A stretch of 64,000 nt of DNA from positions 1-64,000 of the forward strand of contig JBJTQJ010000052.1 of NCBI GenBank assembly GCA_046075565.1, in the 5' to 3' direction. Made by a program: the position numbers and the translations under genes. The DNA is from Verrucomicrobiales bacterium (lineage in GTDB: Bacteria; Verrucomicrobiota; Verrucomicrobiia; Verrucomicrobiales; SLCJ01). The notes beneath the pieces are model-generated. The model saw nothing but the letters and a program-made list of their open reading frames with translations. It ran no database searches and was not told the origin of the DNA. Within the stretch, counting starts at the first letter, position 1, and each line of letters starts with the position of its first letter. Below are positions 48,826-63,616 of the stretch, piece after piece.

Positions 48826-51800
48826 TTAGAGGTCGCCGATGGCGTCGCTCTCCGGCTCCGCGGCGGCGGCATGATGGGCCTCAAGGGCGGCGACGGTTTC
48901 CAATTCCTGCACGCGGGTGTCGCGGGCGTTGGGGAAACCGGAACCAGCCGGGATGAGGTGGCCCATGATGACGTTCTCTTTGAAACCTTCGAGTTTGTCG
49001 ATCTTTCCGTGGGTGGCGGCTTCGGTGAGAACACGGGTCGTGTCCTGGAAGGAAGCGGCGGAGATGAACGATTCGGTTTCGAGGGAAGCCTTGGTGATAC
49101 CGAGGAGGACGGGCTCCGCTTGTGCGGGCTGTCCACCTTCTTCGGTGGTCTCACGGTTGACGCGCTCGAATTCGATGCGCTCGACCTGATCACCCCAGAG
49201 GAACTCGGTGTCACCCGGATCGGTGATGCGGACCTTGCGGAGCATCTGGCGGATGATGATCTCGATGTGTTTGTCGTTGATCTCAACCCCTTGCAGGCGA
49301 TAGACCTCCTGCACCTCGTTGGTGAGGTGTTGCTGGAGGGCATTCGCTCCGGAAATCTCGAGGATTTCGTGGGGAACAACCGGACCTTCGGTGAGTTGGC
49401 TGCCACGCTTCACGAAATCACCGTTGGCGACGATGATGTGTTTGTTCGCGGGGACAAGGTGTTCCGCTTCTTCACCGGTTTCCTTGTTGTGCACGAGCAC
49501 CTTCTTCTTGCCGCGAACCAGTCCGCCGATTTCGACGAAACCATCGATACGCGCGATGACGCAGGCGTCCTTCGGCTTGCGGGCTTCGAAGAGTTCGGCC
49601 ACACGGGGCAGACCACCGGTGATGTCCTTCGTCTTGGAGGCCTTGCGCGGGGTCCGGGCGAGTTGCGCGCCGGGTCCGACTTTCTGGCCTTCCTTGACAC
49701 TGAGGTGAGCGCCGGCGGGAATCGAATAGCTCGCAAGTTGTTCCTTGGTCGACGGGTCGATGATGACGATTTGCGGGTGCAAGTCGCCCTTGTGTTCCAT
49801 GACAACCAGGCCGCCAGCTTCCGCTTCCGCGGTATTATCGCGGGAGATGGTCACGCCGCGGATCATATCGACGAAAGTGACCTTGCCACCGCGCTCGGTG
49901 ATGATCGGCACGTTGTAGGGATCCCAGGTCAGGACGGTGTCGCCTTTTTTGACCTTGGCATTGTCGGGGAAATGGAGCACGGAACCGAGCACAACATTGT
50001 AGTTCTCGATTTCCTCGCCTTCATCATCGACGAGTGCGAGGGTGCCATTCTTGTTAAGAGCGACCAGTTTGCCTTCTTCGTTGGCAACAGTGCGGATATC
50101 ATTGAAGCGGAGCGAACCGACATTCTTGACCTGCACGATCGGCTGTTTGAAGGTCGAGCTGGCCGTTCCACCAACGTGGAAGGTCCGCATGGTGAGCTGC
50201 GTTCCCGGTTCACCGATGGATTGGGCGGCGATGATGCCGACCGCTTCACCGATCTTGACGGGACGTCCGGTCGCGAGGTTCAGTCCGTAGCACTTGATAC
50301 AGCAACCACGCTGGCTTTCGCAGGTGAGCACGGAACGAATCTTGAGTTGTTCCACACCGAGGTTGGTGAGTTGGAAGGCTTGGGCTTCGGTGATGATGTC
50401 GCCTTCGCGGACGATGATCTCTCCGGAAACAGGATCCTTCACGGTTTCACCGCTGGTGCGTCCGTAGATGCGTTGCTTCAGGCTGACGACTTCGTCATCG
50501 CCCTCGTAGATCGAACGGGCGATAATGCCATTGACGGTTCCGCAATCAATTTCGGTCACGATCACATCCTGCGAGACGTCGACGAGCTTCCGGGTCATGT
50601 AACCCGAGTCGGCGGTCTTGAGGGCGGTATCGGAAAGACCTTTACGGGCGCCGTGAGTCGAGATGAAGTATTCGAGCACGGTCAAACCTTCGCGGAAGTT
50701 CGACGTGATCGGGCGCTCGATGATCGAGCCGTCAGGCTTCGACATCAGGCCGCGCATCCCGGAGAGCTGCTTGATCTGGGTCTTGTTGCCCCGGGCACCG
50801 GAGTCCACCATCATCCACAGCGGGCTGACGGTTTTGGCGCCCTGATTGTGCTCGAGTTTCCGCATAACGGAAGTTTCGAGGCGCTGGGTCGCTTGGGTCC
50901 AGATGTCAACGATCTTGTTGTAGCGCTCGCCTTCGGTGATGACACCGGCGCGGCGTTGTTTATCGACAACGGAAAGCTGATCGTAGGCTTTTTTCAGCTC
51001 GTCCGGTTTTTCGTCGGGCACGACCATGTCCACGATACCAATCGAGCAACCGGAGCGGGTGGCTTCCTTAAATCCGAGGTTCTTCATGTCGTCCAAAATA
51101 CGGACGGTTTCGCGCTGGCCGGCCACTTGGAAACATCCCCAGATGATTTCGGAAAGTTGTTTCTTGCCGACCGTCTTGTTGATGAAACCGAGGCCTTTGG
51201 GCCAAATCTCATTGAAACGCACACGACCGGGGGTCGTGACGATGACGCGCTTCTCCTTGTCGCCGAAGTGGGAGGTTTTCCCAAAGTCGGGGTTGCGGAG
51301 GCGGATGCGGTCGTGATACCAGATCTTGCGGCTGGCGATGGCGAATTCGACTTCCGTGGTGTTCTCGAAAATCGGCATGTGCAGCTCGCCTTTTTCGAAC
51401 GCCTCTTTTTCATCCGGGCGCATCGGGCGCTCGTGGGTGAGGTAATAGCAGCCCAGCACGATGTCTTGCGACGGCGTGGTGATGGGTTTGCCGTTGGCGG
51501 GCGAGAAGATGTTGTTCGGCGCAAGCATGAGCAGGCGCGCTTCCATCTGGGCTTCCACCGAAAGAGGAACGTGCACGGCCATCTGGTCACCGTCGAAGTC
51601 GGCGTTGTAGGCGGTACAAACGAGCGGGTGGACGCGGATGGCCTCGCCCTCGATGAGAACGGGTTCGAAGGCCTGGATGGAGAGGCGGTGCAGGGTCGGC
51701 GCGCGGTTGAGCAGCACCGGGTGTCCTTTGGTCACCTCTTCCAGAATGTCCCAGACTTCCGGGGTGCGGCGCTCGATCATCTTCTTGGCCGAACGCACGG

Positions 51801-52989
51801 TGTGCACGAAACCAAGCTCCTTCAGGCGGCGGATGATGAACGGCTCGAACAACACGAGGGCCATCTTCTTCGGAAGACCACACTGGTGCAGTTTGAGTTC
51901 CGGACCGATGACGATGACCGAACGACCGGAGTAGTCCACACGCTTGCCGAGCAAGTTCTGGCGGAAGCGGCCGCCTTTGCCCTTGAGCATGTCGGAGAGC
52001 GACTTGAGCGGGCGGTTGCCGGCGCCGGTAACGGCGCGGCCATGGCGACCGTTGTCGAAAAGGGCATCCACCGATTCCTGGAGCATGCGCTTTTCGTTCC
52101 GGATGATGACATCCGGGGTCTTGAGCATGAGCAGGTTCTTCAACCGGTTGTTGCGGTTGATCACGCGGCGATACAAATCATTCAAGTCGGAAGTGGCGAA
52201 GCGGCCACCCTCAAGCGGAACGAGCGGGCGCAGATCCGGCGGGATAACGGGAAGAACTTCCAGCACCATCCATTCCGGACGGCTGTGCGACTCGGCGAAG
52301 CCTTTGGCAAGCTTCAGGCGTTTGGCCAGCTTCTTGCGGTTCTGCTTCGACTTGGTCTTGAGCATGTCCTGTTCTAGTTGGACAGCCACCTCGGCCAGGT
52401 TCACGCGGGCGAGAAGGTCGCGCAAAGCTTCCGCTCCCATGCCGGCGCGGAAGGCGTCGGCTCCGTAAGCGTCTTCGGCTTCACGCATCTCGGGTTCGGT
52501 CAAAAGCTGACCGGCCGTGAGCTGGGTATCACCCGGGTCGATGACGATGAAGTCTTCGTAGTAGATGACGCGCTCGAGCTGGCGGGCCGTCATGTCGAGC
52601 ATGAGGCCGAGGCGCGAGGGCATACACTTGTAGAACCAGATGTGGGTCACGGGCACGGCCAGCTCGATGTGGCCCATGCGCTCGCGGCGCACGCGGGCGA
52701 GGGTCACCTCGACGCCGCAACGGTCGCAGATCACGCCCTTGTGTTTGATGTTCTTGTATTTTCCGCAGGCACACTGCCAGTCCTTGGTGGGACCGAAAAT
52801 ACGTTCGCAGAAAAGGCCGCCCTTTTCAGGTTTGAACGTCCGGTAGTTGATGGTCTCGGGATTGATGACTTCGCCGGAACTCCATTTGCGGATGGTGTCG
52901 GGCGCGGCCACGCGAATTGAAACCTGATCGAAGCCCTGGACGGGCTTTTCGATTCCGATGATGTCCTCCGGTTGGGGATGAGTGCTCAT
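48826..52989 (-). CDS. rpoC: RNA polymerase beta' subunit
   Basis: [10 protein letters not shown], zinc-finger cysteines, [37 protein letters not shown]. Confidence 0.99.
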   Translation of the reverse strand: MSTHPQPEDIIGIEKPVQGFDQVSIRVAAPDTIRKWSSGEVINPETINYRTFKPEKGGLFCERIFGPTKDWQCACGKYKNIKHKGVICDRCGVEVTLARVRRERMGHIELAVPVTHIWFYKCMPSRLGLMLDMTARQLERVIYYEDFIVIDPGDTQLTAGQLLTEPEMREAEDAYGADAFRAGMGAEALRDLLARVNLAEVAVQLEQDMLKTKSKQNRKKLAKRLKLAKGFAESHSRPEWMVLEVLPVIPPDLRPLVPLEGGRFATSDLNDLYRRVINRNNRLKNLLMLKTPDVIIRNEKRMLQESVDALFDNGRHGRAVTGAGNRPLKSLSDMLKGKGGRFRQNLLGKRVDYSGRSVIVIGPELKLHQCGLPKKMALVLFEPFIIRRLKELGFVHTVRSAKKMIERRTPEVWDILEEVTKGHPVLLNRAPTLHRLSIQAFEPVLIEGEAIRVHPLVCTAYNADFDGDQMAVHVPLSVEAQMEARLLMLAPNNIFSPANGKPITTPSQDIVLGCYYLTHERPMRPDEKEAFEKGELHMPIFENTTEVEFAIASRKIWYHDRIRLRNPDFGKTSHFGDKEKRVIVTTPGRVRFNEIWPKGLGFINKTVGKKQLSEIIWGCFQVAGQRETVRILDDMKNLGFKEATRSGCSIGIVDMVVPDEKPDELKKAYDQLSVVDKQRRAGVITEGERYNKIVDIWTQATQRLETSVMRKLEHNQGAKTVSPLWMMVDSGARGNKTQIKQLSGMRGLMSKPDGSIIERPITSNFREGLTVLEYFISTHGARKGLSDTALKTADSGYMTRKLVDVSQDVIVTEIDCGTVNGIIARSIYEGDDEVVSLKQRIYGRTSGETVKDPVSGEIIVREGDIITEAQAFQLTNLGVEQLKIRSVLTCESQRGCCIKCYGLNLATGRPVKIGEAVGIIAAQSIGEPGTQLTMRTFHVGGTASSTFKQPIVQVKNVGSLRFNDIRTVANEEGKLVALNKNGTLALVDDEGEEIENYNVVLGSVLHFPDNAKVKKGDTVLTWDPYNVPIITERGGKVTFVDMIRGVTISRDNTAEAEAGGLVVMEHKGDLHPQIVIIDPSTKEQLASYSIPAGAHLSVKEGQKVGPGAQLARTPRKASKTKDITGGLPRVAELFEARKPKDACVIARIDGFVEIGGLVRGKKKVLVHNKETGEEAEHLVPANKHIIVANGDFVKRGSQLTEGPVVPHEILEISGANALQQHLTNEVQEVYRLQGVEINDKHIEIIIRQMLRKVRITDPGDTEFLWGDQVERIEFERVNRETTEEGGQPAQAEPVLLGITKASLETESFISAASFQDTTRVLTEAATHGKIDKLEGFKENVIMGHLIPAGSGFPNARDTRVQELETVAALEAHHAAAAEPESDAIGDL

Positions 52990-53027
52990 GATTGTGATAT
53001 CGGATCTGGTGGGTCGGACGCTAGGGG

Positions 53028-56885
<3,858 letters not shown>

Positions 56886-56981
56886 GGCGTGTGCTGTTTG
56901 GGCTCTTGGTTGTTTCGACCGTGTGGACGGCCGGGAAATGTCGGTTTATGGGCGACCACCGTGTCGGATGCCACAGGCGGC

Positions 56982-57024
56982 AAAAGGCCGAACCGCGTGA
57001 CCGGGGGTCATGCGGACGGCCTTT
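56982..57024 (-). terminator. Putative attenuator hairpin in the rplL-rpoB spacer
   Basis: Minus strand AAAGGCCG-T-CCGC-A-TGACC-CCC-GGTCA-C-GCGG-TT-CGGCCTTTT. Position is analogous to the E. coli rplL-rpoB attenuator. Confidence 0.55.
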
Positions 57025-57196
57025 ATGGAGAATGGTTCGCGCGGCGGCGGAGTGGGCAAAGCGGTGCTGTTCGGGGTGGAATGGCGGTTGCGTTGGCGGG
57101 AACCTGGGGAATGGGAACCGGGTTTGTTAGGCCCGGTGAATTGGCCGTGCCCGGCCCTCGCGGGCCGGACACGGGAAAGGAAACGTTCGGGCGGGA

Positions 57197-57583
57197 TTAC
57201 TTGATTTCGACCTTGGCTCCGGCGGCTTCAAGCTTCTTCTTGATCTCGTCGGCCTCTTGCTTGCTGGCGCCTTCCTTGAGGGTGGCGGGCTTGCTTCCGG
57301 CGTTGTCCACCATCGCTTTGGCATCGGCGAGGCCGAGGCCGGCCACGAGGGCGCGGACTTCTTTAATGACGGCGATCTTGTTGGAGCCACCGTCGGTAAG
57401 AAGAACGTTGAATTCGGTCTTCTCTTCGGCGGGAGCAGCCGCGGCGGCGGGGCCGGCGGCGGCAACGGCGACGGGAGCAGCTGCGCTCACGCCCCAATCG
57501 GCTTCAAGTTTTTTCACCAGCTCGGCCGCCTCAAGGACGGTGAGCTTGCCCAGTTCTGCTGCAATTGTATCGATGTTAGCCAT
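57197..57583 (-). CDS. rplL: 50S ribosomal protein L7/L12
   Basis: [37 protein letters not shown]. Confidence 0.98.
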   Translation of the reverse strand: MANIDTIAAELGKLTVLEAAELVKKLEADWGVSAAAPVAVAAAGPAAAAAPAEEKTEFNVLLTDGGSNKIAVIKEVRALVAGLGLADAKAMVDNAGSKPATLKEGASKQEADEIKKKLEAAGAKVEIK

Positions 57584-57604
57584 GGTATTGTTGATCCTCC
57601 GGTA

Positions 57605-57659
57605 TCATCGTTCGCCGGGGCTCCGGCGGGATTGAGTCAGGCAGCCGCCCGACCGATGA
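57605..57659 (-). ncRNA. Candidate structured leader (three-way junction) upstream of rplL
   Basis: TCATCG/CGATGA closing GTCGGGC-GGCT-GCCTGAC and CGCCGG-AGCC-CCGGCG, 4 nt before the GGAGG SD. Confidence 0.45.
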
Positions 57660-57736
57660 GGAACCATTTGGGTTGGATTTCAAGGAGCCAGCTTGGCGGC
57701 CGACTCCCATCGGGGTCAAATTTGTTGGTTTTGGGT

Positions 57737-58246
57737 TCAGCCTTGGTCGGCACGCGCTTGGATGACGCGGGCCAGTGCGGCGGCGGGTTCGTTGATGGTG
57801 CGAAGAAGTTTGGTCGCGGGGGCGTTGATAACTCCGAGCAGGGTCGCGAGGAGTTGTTCGCGCGAAGGAAGGTCCGCGAGTGCCTTGAGTTCGTTGGCTC
57901 CGAGGGCGTTGCCATCAAGCACGCCACCACGAAGGGCCGGCTTCTGGAACTCGGCCGCGAAATTCTTCAGCACTTTGGCCGCGGCGGGGGCTTCACCTTC
58001 GCCGGTGACGACCATGGTCTGGCCGGTCAGCACGTCGGCAAGTTCGGGAAGACCCGCGGACTTGAGGGTGCGCTTGACCAGCGTGTTCTTGAGCACGCGG
58101 GCTTTCGCTCCGACTTCTTTGAGCCGCTTGCGCAACTCGGCGAAGTGTTTGACCTGGAGACCGGTGTAGTCCGCGACAAAGAGATACGGGGACTTCTCCA
58201 GCCGAGCCAGGAGTTCGTCGATCAGGAATTGCTTTTCTGCTTGCAT
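57737..58246 (-). CDS. rplJ: 50S ribosomal protein L10
   Basis: DYTGLQV, LRKRL, VLKNTL, LADLPSREQLLA. Confidence 0.97.
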   Translation of the reverse strand: MQAEKQFLIDELLARLEKSPYLFVADYTGLQVKHFAELRKRLKEVGAKARVLKNTLVKRTLKSAGLPELADVLTGQTMVVTGEGEAPAAAKVLKNFAAEFQKPALRGGVLDGNALGANELKALADLPSREQLLATLLGVINAPATKLLRTINEPAAALARVIQARADQG

Positions 58247-58278
58247 GATTCTGGATTTCCTTGGTTGGGGGCTGGGGA

Positions 58279-58974
58279 TTAGTGGGCCAATTCACCGGCT
58301 TCGACGGAGACCCCGGGGGTCATCGTGGCGGCCAAGGTGGCGGCTTGGAGATAGTTGCCCTTGGCGGTCGCAGGTTTGGCGCGCACCACCGCTTCAATCA
58401 CGGCGCGGGCGTTATCCACGAGCTTTTGGGGTTCGAAAGAAACTTTGCCCATGGGCACGGAAATGTTCCCGTTGCGGTCGAGCTTGAAGGTCACCTGGCC
58501 ACCCATGACGGCATTCACCGCTTTGGCGGTGTCGTCGGTCACGGTGCCGGTCTTCGGGTTCGGCATAAGGCCGCGGGGACCAAGCACACGGGCCAATTTC
58601 CGCACCTCAGCCATGGCGTCCGGTGTCGCGATGGCGGTATCGAAATCAAGGAATCCACCCTTGATCTTCTCGATGAGATCTTCGAATCCGACGAGTTCGG
58701 CACCGGCGGCACGAGCGGCTTCGGCGGCCACGCCTTGCGCGAAGACGGCCACACGGACTTTTTTACCCGAACCGTGGGGCAGGGCACAGGTGCCACGGAC
58801 CATCTGGTCGGATTTACGGGGATCCACGCCCATCTTGAACGAGATGGTGACCGATTGGTCGAACTTCGGCGCGGGGAATTGCTTCACCAAGGCCACGGCC
58901 TCGGGAAGCGGATACGTCTTTCCGGCGGTCACCAGACCGGCGGCTTTCTTATATCGTTTGCTGCGTTTTTTCAT
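58279..58974 (-). CDS. rplA: 50S ribosomal protein L1
   Basis: GVDPRKSDQMVRG, LPHGSGK, LGPRGLMPNPKTGTVT, TMTPG. Confidence 0.98.
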   Translation of the reverse strand: MKKRSKRYKKAAGLVTAGKTYPLPEAVALVKQFPAPKFDQSVTISFKMGVDPRKSDQMVRGTCALPHGSGKKVRVAVFAQGVAAEAARAAGAELVGFEDLIEKIKGGFLDFDTAIATPDAMAEVRKLARVLGPRGLMPNPKTGTVTDDTAKAVNAVMGGQVTFKLDRNGNISVPMGKVSFEPQKLVDNARAVIEAVVRAKPATAKGNYLQAATLAATMTPGVSVEAGELAH

Positions 58975-58982
58975 GATTTCGG

Positions 58983-59012
58983 GCAGTTCATGCGGGCGGT
59001 TAGCCCTCCTGC
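58983..59012 (-). promoter_or_regulatory. L1-binding autogenous leader between rplK and rplA
   Basis: GCAG-GAG-GGC-UAACC-GCC-CGCAUGAA-CUGC matches the L1 operator fold (stem, asymmetric GAG/A-rich internal loop, hairpin). Confidence 0.6.
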
Positions 59013-59058
59013 TTGGTTTGGGTGAAGCCCGGCGGACCGGGCGGAAATGCGGATGGGA

Positions 59059-59484
59059 TCAACCTTCGATTTCGAGGCCCATTTGGCGGGCGGTGCCGGC
59101 GAGCACACGGCAAGCGGCGTCGATATTGTCGGTGTTCATGTCGACCATCTTCCGTTTCGCCACTTCCTGGAGCTGCGCTTTGGTCAGCTTGCCGACCTTG
59201 ATCTTGTGCGGCTCTTTGGATCCGGAAGCGAGACCGGCGGCCTTCTTGAGCAGATTGGACGCGGGCGGCTGTTTGGTGATGAAGGAGAAGGTTTTGTCCT
59301 TGTAAACGGAGATCACGACGGGAAGGATGTCGCCGGCCTGCTTCTGGGTGGCGGCATTGAACTCCTTACAGAAGGCCATGATGTTGACGCCGGCCTGACC
59401 GAGCGCGGGACCTACGGGCGGCGACGGGTTGGCCGCGCCAGCGGGAATTTGCAATTTGATTTGTTTGACGACTTCTTTAGCCAT
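59059..59484 (-). CDS. rplK: 50S ribosomal protein L11
   Basis: [35 protein letters not shown]. Confidence 0.98.
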   Translation of the reverse strand: MAKEVVKQIKLQIPAGAANPSPPVGPALGQAGVNIMAFCKEFNAATQKQAGDILPVVISVYKDKTFSFITKQPPASNLLKKAAGLASGSKEPHKIKVGKLTKAQLQEVAKRKMVDMNTDNIDAACRVLAGTARQMGLEIEG

Positions 59485-59524
59485 GATGGGGTGCCGGTTG
59501 GGATTGAACGGGAGTTGGAAAAAA

Positions 59525-60097
59525 TCAGGCTTCGCGGGTGACTTGCCAGAATTCGAGTTCGACCGGGGTGCTGCGGCCGAAAATATCTACGGAGACACGG
59601 AGTTTGCCGCGATCGAGGTCGATCTCTTCGACCACGCCGATCTGGCTTTCGAATGGTCCATCGGCCACACGCACGCGGTCGCCGGTATCGAACTGCACTT
59701 TCGGGCGCACGCCTTCTTCGCGCTCGCGCACTTGGGCGAGAAGTTGCTCGACTTCTTTCGCGCGCATCGGGAGAGGTTTCTCCTTGGTGCCGGCGAATCC
59801 GATTACACCATCCGTCTCCTGGAAGAAATACCACGAGCGATCCACCAGGCCGCCGTCTTCGCGCAGCAGGTGCATGTTGACGATCAAGTAGCCGGGGAAA
59901 AACTTGCGGCGTGTTTCGGTCTTCTTGCCGCCCTTGACTTCATAGACCAGTTCGGTCGGCATGAGCACTTCGAAAATGACATCGCCCATTTCCTCGGTCT
60001 GGATCCGGCGTTTGATGTTTTCAAACACCTTCTTTTCCATGCCCGAAAGGACTTGGACGACAAACCACTGGTCACGGGGAGCAGGAATGGCGGGCAT
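59525..60097 (-). CDS. nusG: Transcription termination/antitermination factor NusG
   Basis: [44 protein letters not shown]. Confidence 0.97.
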   Translation of the reverse strand: MPAIPAPRDQWFVVQVLSGMEKKVFENIKRRIQTEEMGDVIFEVLMPTELVYEVKGGKKTETRRKFFPGYLIVNMHLLREDGGLVDRSWYFFQETDGVIGFAGTKEKPLPMRAKEVEQLLAQVREREEGVRPKVQFDTGDRVRVADGPFESQIGVVEEIDLDRGKLRVSVDIFGRSTPVELEFWQVTREA

Positions 60098-60152
60098 GGA
60101 GCGGTAAAAACGTTGGAAGAAAAATGGATGGCGGGTGAGCCGGCGGGCGGGC

Positions 60153-60371
60153 TCAGCCTCCGATGTATGTCAGCAATTTCATGGCCTCCCGGATGATGAG
60201 ATCCCAGAGCGCGACGAATCCTCCCAAGACGATGGTGGCCACCAAAACGACCAAGGTGGAGTCGCTCAATTCGCGGAATCGCTTGAAGCCTTTTTCCTGC
60301 AGATCCCAAGGCCAGTTGGCCTTGCTGAGCTCGGACTTCACTTCCGCCAGATATTGGGTTACTTTTGCCAT
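60153..60371 (-). CDS. secE: Preprotein translocase subunit SecE
   Basis: EVKSELSKANWP and a single TM, located between tRNA-Trp and nusG. Confidence 0.93.
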   Translation of the reverse strand: MAKVTQYLAEVKSELSKANWPWDLQEKGFKRFRELSDSTLVVLVATIVLGGFVALWDLIIREAMKLLTYIGG

Positions 60372-60399
60372 TCGGGTGCTTGACTTGTTTGGGATGGAT

Positions 60400-60474
60400 T
60401 GGCAGGGCAGGAGGGACTCGAACCCCCAACCAACGGTTTTGGAGACCGCTACTCTACCATTGAGCTACTGCCCT
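60400..60474 (-). tRNA. tRNA-Trp (CCA)
   Basis: AGGGCAG..GCTCAATGGTAGAG..GCGGT-CTCCAAA-ACCGT..TTCGAGT..CTGCCCT-G-CCA cloverleaf. Confidence 0.97.
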
Positions 60475-60574
60475 TTTAGACGGGGTTGCCTCCGGAGGAA
60501 ATTCCCCCGGAGGCGAGCCAGCCTTGAACCTTCTGGCGAACACCGGACTCGCGCCCGGCGCCCGCCGCTTGGCA

Positions 60575-61759
60575 TCACTCGATGATATCGGCGACACGGC
60601 CGGCACCAACGGTGCGGCCACCTTCACGAATGGCGAAGCGCATGGTCTTCTCCATCGCGATCGGGGTGATCAACTCGACGGTGATGCTCACGTTGTCGCC
60701 GGGCATGACCATTTCGGTCCCTTCGGGGAGGGTAACCGAACCGGTCACGTCGGTGGTGCGGAAATAGAACTGCGGACGATAGTTCGCGAAGAACGGGGTG
60801 TGACGGCCGCCTTCATCCTTGGAAAGGACGTAAACTTCCGCGGTGAACTTCTTGTGCGGGGAAGTCGAACCGGGCTTGGCGATGACCTGTCCACGCTCAA
60901 CGTCGGTCTTTTTCAGACCGCGGAGAAGCAGACCAACGTTGTCACCGGCGCGGCCCTCGTCGAGCAGCTTGCGGAACATTTCGATGTCGGTCACGGTCGA
61001 CTTGACGGTCGGGCGGATGCCGATCACTTCAACTTCTTCCATCTTCTTCACGATACCGCGTTCGACACGGCCGGTGCAGACGGTGCCACGACCTTCAATC
61101 GAGAACACGTCTTCGATCGGCATGAGGAAGGGCTTGTCGATCGGACGCTCGGGCAGCGGGATGTAGCTGTCCACCGCGGCCATCAGCTCGTCGATGCTGG
61201 TCACGTATTTGGCGTCGCCTTCAAGGGCCTTGAGGGCGGAACCACGGATAACAGGAATGTCGTCACCCGGGAATTCGTATTTGGAAAGCAGCTCGCGGAT
61301 CTCCATTTCGACGAGGTCGAGGAGTTCGGCGTCGTCCACCATATCGCACTTGTTCATGTAAACGACAAGGGCGGGCACGCCAACCTGGCGGGCAAGGAGA
61401 ATGTGCTCACGCGTTTGCGGCATCGGGCCGTCGGCGGCGCTGACCACGAGGATCGCTCCGTCCATCTGGGCGGCGCCGGTGATCATGTTTTTCACATAGT
61501 CAGCGTGCCCCGGGCAGTCAACGTGCGCATAGTGGCGGTTGTCGGTTTGGTATTCAACGTGGGCGGTATTGATGGTAATCCCGCGCGCCTTTTCTTCGGG
61601 GGCGGCGTCGATTTCATCATACTTTTTCGCTTCGGCGAATCCCTTCTTCGCCAAGGTAGTGGTGATGGCGGCGGTAAGGGTGGTTTTGCCGTGGTCAACG
61701 TGACCGATCGTCCCGACGTTCACGTGGGGCTTGGACCTCTGGAATGATTCTTTGGCCAT
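60575..61759 (-). CDS. tuf: Elongation factor Tu
   Basis: [41 protein letters not shown]. Confidence 0.99.
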   Translation of the reverse strand: MAKESFQRSKPHVNVGTIGHVDHGKTTLTAAITTTLAKKGFAEAKKYDEIDAAPEEKARGITINTAHVEYQTDNRHYAHVDCPGHADYVKNMITGAAQMDGAILVVSAADGPMPQTREHILLARQVGVPALVVYMNKCDMVDDAELLDLVEMEIRELLSKYEFPGDDIPVIRGSALKALEGDAKYVTSIDELMAAVDSYIPLPERPIDKPFLMPIEDVFSIEGRGTVCTGRVERGIVKKMEEVEVIGIRPTVKSTVTDIEMFRKLLDEGRAGDNVGLLLRGLKKTDVERGQVIAKPGSTSPHKKFTAEVYVLSKDEGGRHTPFFANYRPQFYFRTTDVTGSVTLPEGTEMVMPGDNVSITVELITPIAMEKTMRFAIREGGRTVGAGRVADIIE

Positions 61760-61844
61760 GGTGGGTAGGTGGGTGCGCCTTCTTGGGGCGTGTATCTTAG
61801 GTTAGGCTGGTTGATTGCTTTCTGGTTGGTGACCTGCGGCGGGA

Positions 61845-61919
<75 letters not shown>

Positions 61920-62031
61920 AGGCTTACCCCTTGGCAGGCCGCCGTTCCTTTCAGAAAAAAACCGCACATTTGCTGTCCACGAGGGCCAGAAAACGCACGT
62001 TTTTCCTCATCCGGGAAGAAAAGCGGACGGG

Positions 62032-62059
62032 AAATTACGTCCGCAGCGCCCCGTGTCAA
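62032..62059 (-). promoter_or_regulatory. Sigma70 promoter of the tRNA-Thr-tuf operon
   Basis: TTGACA-16 nt-TAATTT on the minus strand with upstream A-tracts (UP-like). Confidence 0.7.
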
Positions 62060-62139
62060 CATTTTTCTTGTCTTTTTCCAAATTCTTGGTCTATCGGGCG
62101 GAGTTTTTAAAATATCCGGTTCCCTTTCTCCGGTCGCCC

Positions 62140-63414
62140 TCACATCCCCTTCAAATAGTGACCCAACGTTCCGCAGGAGGCTGTCTCGTTCTTTAGCAAA
62201 AAGTAGTCTCCCTGACCGTGGTTGAGCCTAGAATCCACCCGTAGATGCGCGAGTTGGGCGAGCCCACCGTTCGGTGGCACGAGATAGCCTTTGTCTACCA
62301 GAATATGGGCATCCGCGCGCGCTTTGAGGTGGCTCAAGGCTTCCTCGACCGTCCCGACCAGGCGCACATCCTTCCGTATCAGGATATGAGCCGGGATATC
62401 GGGGCCCTCCACCACGATAAATACCGTCTGGCCATCCTGATGATTCTCAATCCAGCTCTGCATCGGGCAAGGTCCGGTGTTCCTTGCCCAGATTTCCACA
62501 CACTCCCCGCACTGGAAGCCCACTCCCACCCATCCCGTCGCCCCAAGCAAAAGCAACAGCGCAGCCGCCCAAGCCAGACGAGGCCGCCCGCTGCCCTTCG
62601 GCAGCGGAATCGCCCCTTCAACCCAAGGCTTTCTTCGCCGTGCTTGCAGGTAGCACTCCGAGCCTAGCGATGGGAAAAGCCCGCCCCAGAATTGGTTCAA
62701 CCTCACCCATAGACGAGAGCTCTCCAACCACGATCCCGTCATGCGCACCGCGTGGCTACCCGTGGCGAACTCGACGTCCAGCCCCGAATCGTGGGCCAGA
62801 TTCCGCCACCGTGATGGCGAGAGCACCGTGATGTGGCCTCCCGGCACGAGTTCCCCGGCCTCCAGTTTCCTGCGAAAATACCTTTCCCGCAAACGCGCCA
62901 GCCAGTCCGGCATGGTCGGGGCCCCGCCCAGGAAAATGCCGCCGGGTCGCAGCAACCGCGCCACTTCGGCCATCGCAACCCCCGGCCTCGGCAGGTGCTC
63001 AAAAACGTGCAAGCTCACCACCACATCTGCTTCTCCGGAACCAACCGGTAACGCCTCGTCGAAGTTCGCTTGGAGGACCTCGTCGTAACCCGCCGCACGC
63101 GCGTCATCTCTCGGATTCCAGTCCAACCCGACCCATCTTCCAACTGCTCCCGCCGGGGTGAAAAATTTCAACCAGCCACGCTCGCAGCCCACATCGACCA
63201 CGACGAGCGGACGCCCCAGACGCGCCGCTTCCTCGGCCAGGGCTTGACCTGCCCACCAATACCGCAAAAGCCGCACCGAAAAGTCCGCTTTGCCGAGATG
63301 TTGGTCGAGCAGTGAGCCCGCCTCTACCGGCGGCAGGGTCTTGCGCAATGGCTTCAAAGGCCAATGGAGAAACGGAAAACGACGGCGAAAAAAGGAGAGC
63401 AGGGAATTAGGCAT
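62140..63414 (-). CDS. Class I SAM-dependent methyltransferase with TM helix and C-terminal extra domain
   Basis: VVDVGCERG, VGLD, VSLHVFEHL, LLRPGG, then TM LAWAAALLLLLGATGWVGVGF. Start chosen at MPNSLL. Confidence 0.75.
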   Translation of the reverse strand: MPNSLLSFFRRRFPFLHWPLKPLRKTLPPVEAGSLLDQHLGKADFSVRLLRYWWAGQALAEEAARLGRPLVVVDVGCERGWLKFFTPAGAVGRWVGLDWNPRDDARAAGYDEVLQANFDEALPVGSGEADVVVSLHVFEHLPRPGVAMAEVARLLRPGGIFLGGAPTMPDWLARLRERYFRRKLEAGELVPGGHITVLSPSRWRNLAHDSGLDVEFATGSHAVRMTGSWLESSRLWVRLNQFWGGLFPSLGSECYLQARRRKPWVEGAIPLPKGSGRPRLAWAAALLLLLGATGWVGVGFQCGECVEIWARNTGPCPMQSWIENHQDGQTVFIVVEGPDIPAHILIRKDVRLVGTVEEALSHLKARADAHILVDKGYLVPPNGGLAQLAHLRVDSRLNHGQGDYFLLKNETASCGTLGHYLKGM

Positions 63415-63616
63415 GTTGAAGGGCTCGCCATATACGCCAAACCCCGCGGCTTTGGAAGCATTTTTCCGCCCTTCCCCTTGAATTTTTCCTCCCGTCCGGC
63501 CCCTATACATCGGCAGAATTGAGAATTTGCCAGATTTACTAGAAAATTTATCCATCAATCCCTCGTAAACTCTCATCTTTCTTGCAATTTTGTGGTAGCT
63601 TTGGAATATTTTAGCC

